DNA of 64,000 nucleotides from an uncultured Candidatus Entotheonella sp. (GTDB lineage Bacteria > Tectomicrobia > Entotheonellia > Entotheonellales > Entotheonellaceae). A program made the position numbers and the translations under genes. Below the pieces are notes generated by a model. It ran no database searches. It worked only from the letters and a program-made list of their open reading frames with translations, and was not told the DNA's origin. Position 1 is the first letter of the stretch, and every line of letters begins with the position of its first letter. Positions 61,815 through 64,000 of the stretch are shown piece after piece. The DNA lies in NCBI GenBank assembly GCA_965215335.1, contig CBDCDA010000002.1, positions 864,001-928,000 on the forward strand, read 5' to 3'.

Positions 61815-63235
61815 CCATACGCCCGCAACACGTCCACCTCATCGCCATCTGTGGCACGGGCATGGGTAGCCTGGCCGTTCTCCTGAAGACGCTCGGCCAC
61901 CGGGTCACCGGCTCCGATCAGCACATCTACCCGCCGATGTCCACGCAGTTGCACGACCGGGGTATTCCGTTGCACGAGGGTTTCAAGGCCGCTCACCTGC
62001 AGCCGCGCCCCGATCTGGTCGTCGTGGGCAACGCCGTGTCGCGGGGCAATCCCGAGGCCGAAGCGGCGGAGCAGGCAGGCGTTCCCATCATGTCGTTTCC
62101 GCAAGCGTTGGCGCATTTCCTGATCGGCGAGCGGCATGCCGTGGTGGTTGCCGGCACGCACGGCAAGAGCACCACAACGGCGCTGGCGGCCTGGCTGCTG
62201 GAGCACGCCGGCTGCGACCCCGGCTTTTTCGTCGGCGCCGTGATGCGCAATTTTCCCAGTCCTATTCGCCTGGGAAAGGGGACGCACGTGGTCGTGGAGG
62301 GCGACGAATACGACAGCGCCTATTTCGACAAGGGTCCCAAGTTTCTGCACTACCGGCCGCGCACGGCGGTATTGACGGCCCTGGAGTTCGATCACGCCGA
62401 CATCTACCGGGACCTGGCGCACGTGCGGTCGGCGTTCGCGCGTTTCGTACGCCTGCTGCCCGCTGAGGGCTGTCTGGTCGCTTGCGCCGACAACCCCGGC
62501 GTGCGGACCCTGTGCGTCGAGGGGGCGATTGCCGGCCGTGTGCAGACGTACGGCCTGGGGGCAGGCGCTGACTGGCAGGCGGTCGAGTGGGGCGCCGGCG
62601 AGGGCGGCACGGTGATGGAGGTTCAGCACCACGGCAAGCGCTTCGGGCGTTTCGTCATGCCGCTGTTCGGCCGGCACAACGTGTGTAACGCGCTGGCGGC
62701 GATTGCTGTTGCGTACCGTCTGGGGGTTCCACAGGAACCCATTGCATCGGGACTGGCGAGCTTTGCTGGCCTGAGGCGGCGGTGCGAAGTACGTGGCGAG
62801 TTCGGCGGCGTCACGGTTATTGACGATTTCGCGCATCACCCGACGGCCGTCGGCGTGACGCTGGAGGGCCTGCGGCAGGCGTATTCCGGGGCCCGTTTGT
62901 GGGCCGTTTTCGAGCCGCGTACCGCGACGACGCGGCGCAAGGTGTTTCAGGAGGCTTATGTCGAGGCGCTGAGCCGCGCTGACCGCGTGGTCATCGCCGA
63001 GGTGTTCCGCAAAGAGGAGCTTGCGGCCGACGAACGGCTGTCGGAAGAGGGGCTGGTGGAGGCGTTGAAGGCGCGCGGGATCGCGGCGTGGTTCCACCCG
63101 GACACGGTGGCTATCGTCAGGCAGGTGTCGGGTGAGGCACAGGATGGGGACCTGGTGGTCGTCATGTCCAACGGTGGTTTTGATAACATTCATGAGCGGT
63201 TGCTCACGGCATTGCGGCAAAAGGCTGAGGCGTAA
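61811..63235 (+). CDS. mpl: murein tripeptide ligase
   Basis: ICGTGMG, YPPMS, GTHGKSTT, EGDEYDSAYFDK, DDFAHHPT, MSNGGF. Confidence 0.93.
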   Translation: MTIRPQHVHLIAICGTGMGSLAVLLKTLGHRVTGSDQHIYPPMSTQLHDRGIPLHEGFKAAHLQPRPDLVVVGNAVSRGNPEAEAAEQAGVPIMSFPQALAHFLIGERHAVVVAGTHGKSTTTALAAWLLEHAGCDPGFFVGAVMRNFPSPIRLGKGTHVVVEGDEYDSAYFDKGPKFLHYRPRTAVLTALEFDHADIYRDLAHVRSAFARFVRLLPAEGCLVACADNPGVRTLCVEGAIAGRVQTYGLGAGADWQAVEWGAGEGGTVMEVQHHGKRFGRFVMPLFGRHNVCNALAAIAVAYRLGVPQEPIASGLASFAGLRRRCEVRGEFGGVTVIDDFAHHPTAVGVTLEGLRQAYSGARLWAVFEPRTATTRRKVFQEAYVEALSRADRVVIAEVFRKEELAADERLSEEGLVEALKARGIAAWFHPDTVAIVRQVSGEAQDGDLVVVMSNGGFDNIHERLLTALRQKAEA

Positions 63236-63256
63236 CCCCTTTACGAGGAGCTTGAC

Positions 63257-64000
63257 GTGCGAGGATTCTGGCAGCGAACGATGTTGGTCCTGATCGTCCT
63301 CCATCTGGCGAGTCTCGCGGCGTGGGCAGACCCGAAGGCATACACCGTGCGCTTTTCCGATATGCCTGTGCCTGTCGCGGATGCCGACATGACCAATGGC
63401 GCGGAGGCACCTACCGTTCCGGCGAACAGATGGCTGCGCAAAAACGGCTGGGAGCAGGTGTGGCCGATAGTGGTGATCGGCAACGGCAAGCCGTTAGACT
63501 TCGCCGGGCCGCCTCAAGATCGCTTCCTGCGGGTTGCCGCTGACGAGGCGTTCTTCATCTGGGGCAGTGAGGTCAGTCTGGACCCGCAGGAATTCCCCGT
63601 TCTCGAAGTGGTCTGGGGCATCGAGGTGTTTCCACGCGGCGCCGCCATGGACCTTTACAGGCGCAACGACCGCGCCATCGTCGTGCGCGTGCTCTTCGGC
63701 GAGGCATTGCCCACCACCGGCCTTCCCGACTTGCCGCGCACGCTGTCCTTCTTCTGGGGCGAGACGGAAACCGTCGGCCGTATCTACACCTGCGTCACGC
63801 CGCGAGAGGGTCCCGCCGATGTGCGCATCCTGTGCAAATACCCGCACGTCAAATACATCGCGCTGCGTCGTGGCAGCGAGGGCAGCGTGTTTACCGACCG
63901 GGTCAATTTGCTGGATCACTTCCGCGAGCAGTTTCCTGCTTATTGGCGTGAGCACCAACAAGCGCCGACCATCGTCGCGCTCAGCTTCGAGGCGCAGTCC
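63257..64000 (+). CDS. secreted DUF3047-like protein, runs off window end
   Basis: GAGGAG RBS, signal peptide; manual translation ..DPQEFPVLEVVW..NDRAIVVRVLFG..LSFFWG..RVNLLDHFRE. Confidence 0.6.
   Translation, partial: MRGFWQRTMLVLIVLHLASLAAWADPKAYTVRFSDMPVPVADADMTNGAEAPTVPANRWLRKNGWEQVWPIVVIGNGKPLDFAGPPQDRFLRVAADEAFFIWGSEVSLDPQEFPVLEVVWGIEVFPRGAAMDLYRRNDRAIVVRVLFGEALPTTGLPDLPRTLSFFWGETETVGRIYTCVTPREGPADVRILCKYPHVKYIALRRGSEGSVFTDRVNLLDHFREQFPAYWREHQQAPTIVALSFEAQS

Overview
GC-rich bacterial chromosome window. Gene content (LLM and PPOX F420-type oxidoreductases, T2SS, ISAzo13/IS66, TPR arrays) is reminiscent of sponge-associated Ca. Entotheonella/Tectomicrobia; this is an inference, not tested. 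Both flanks carry housekeeping and metabolic genes: dcd, trkA, leuA, a ferritin-like + SCP2-like pair, DUF1800/DUF1501/NHL, recJ, tRNA-Gly(CCC) and a ldcA-mpl peptidoglycan-recycling cluster. A type II secretion operon (gspA-B-like-C-D-E | F-L-M, minus strand) is split between gspE and gspF by a ~23.1 kb island bounded by an 11-bp direct repeat (CTCATGCCGGG, 21757-21767 and 44892-44902); no integrase is visible. The island ends look like one broken defence cassette (type I hsdR, hsdM fragment ... FRG-like fragment, 8xTPR, multi-TM protein). Its middle (25841-40172) is a strongly A/C-skewed phage/ICE-like block encoding a split Panacea antitoxin, a degenerate GHKL-like protein, Zn-ribbon proteins, RecD2, an HD nucleotidase, a Slam outer-membrane translocon, small membrane coiled-coil proteins and a methyltransferase. 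Six IS copies or remnants are present. Family calls come from motif recognition only; no database search was run.
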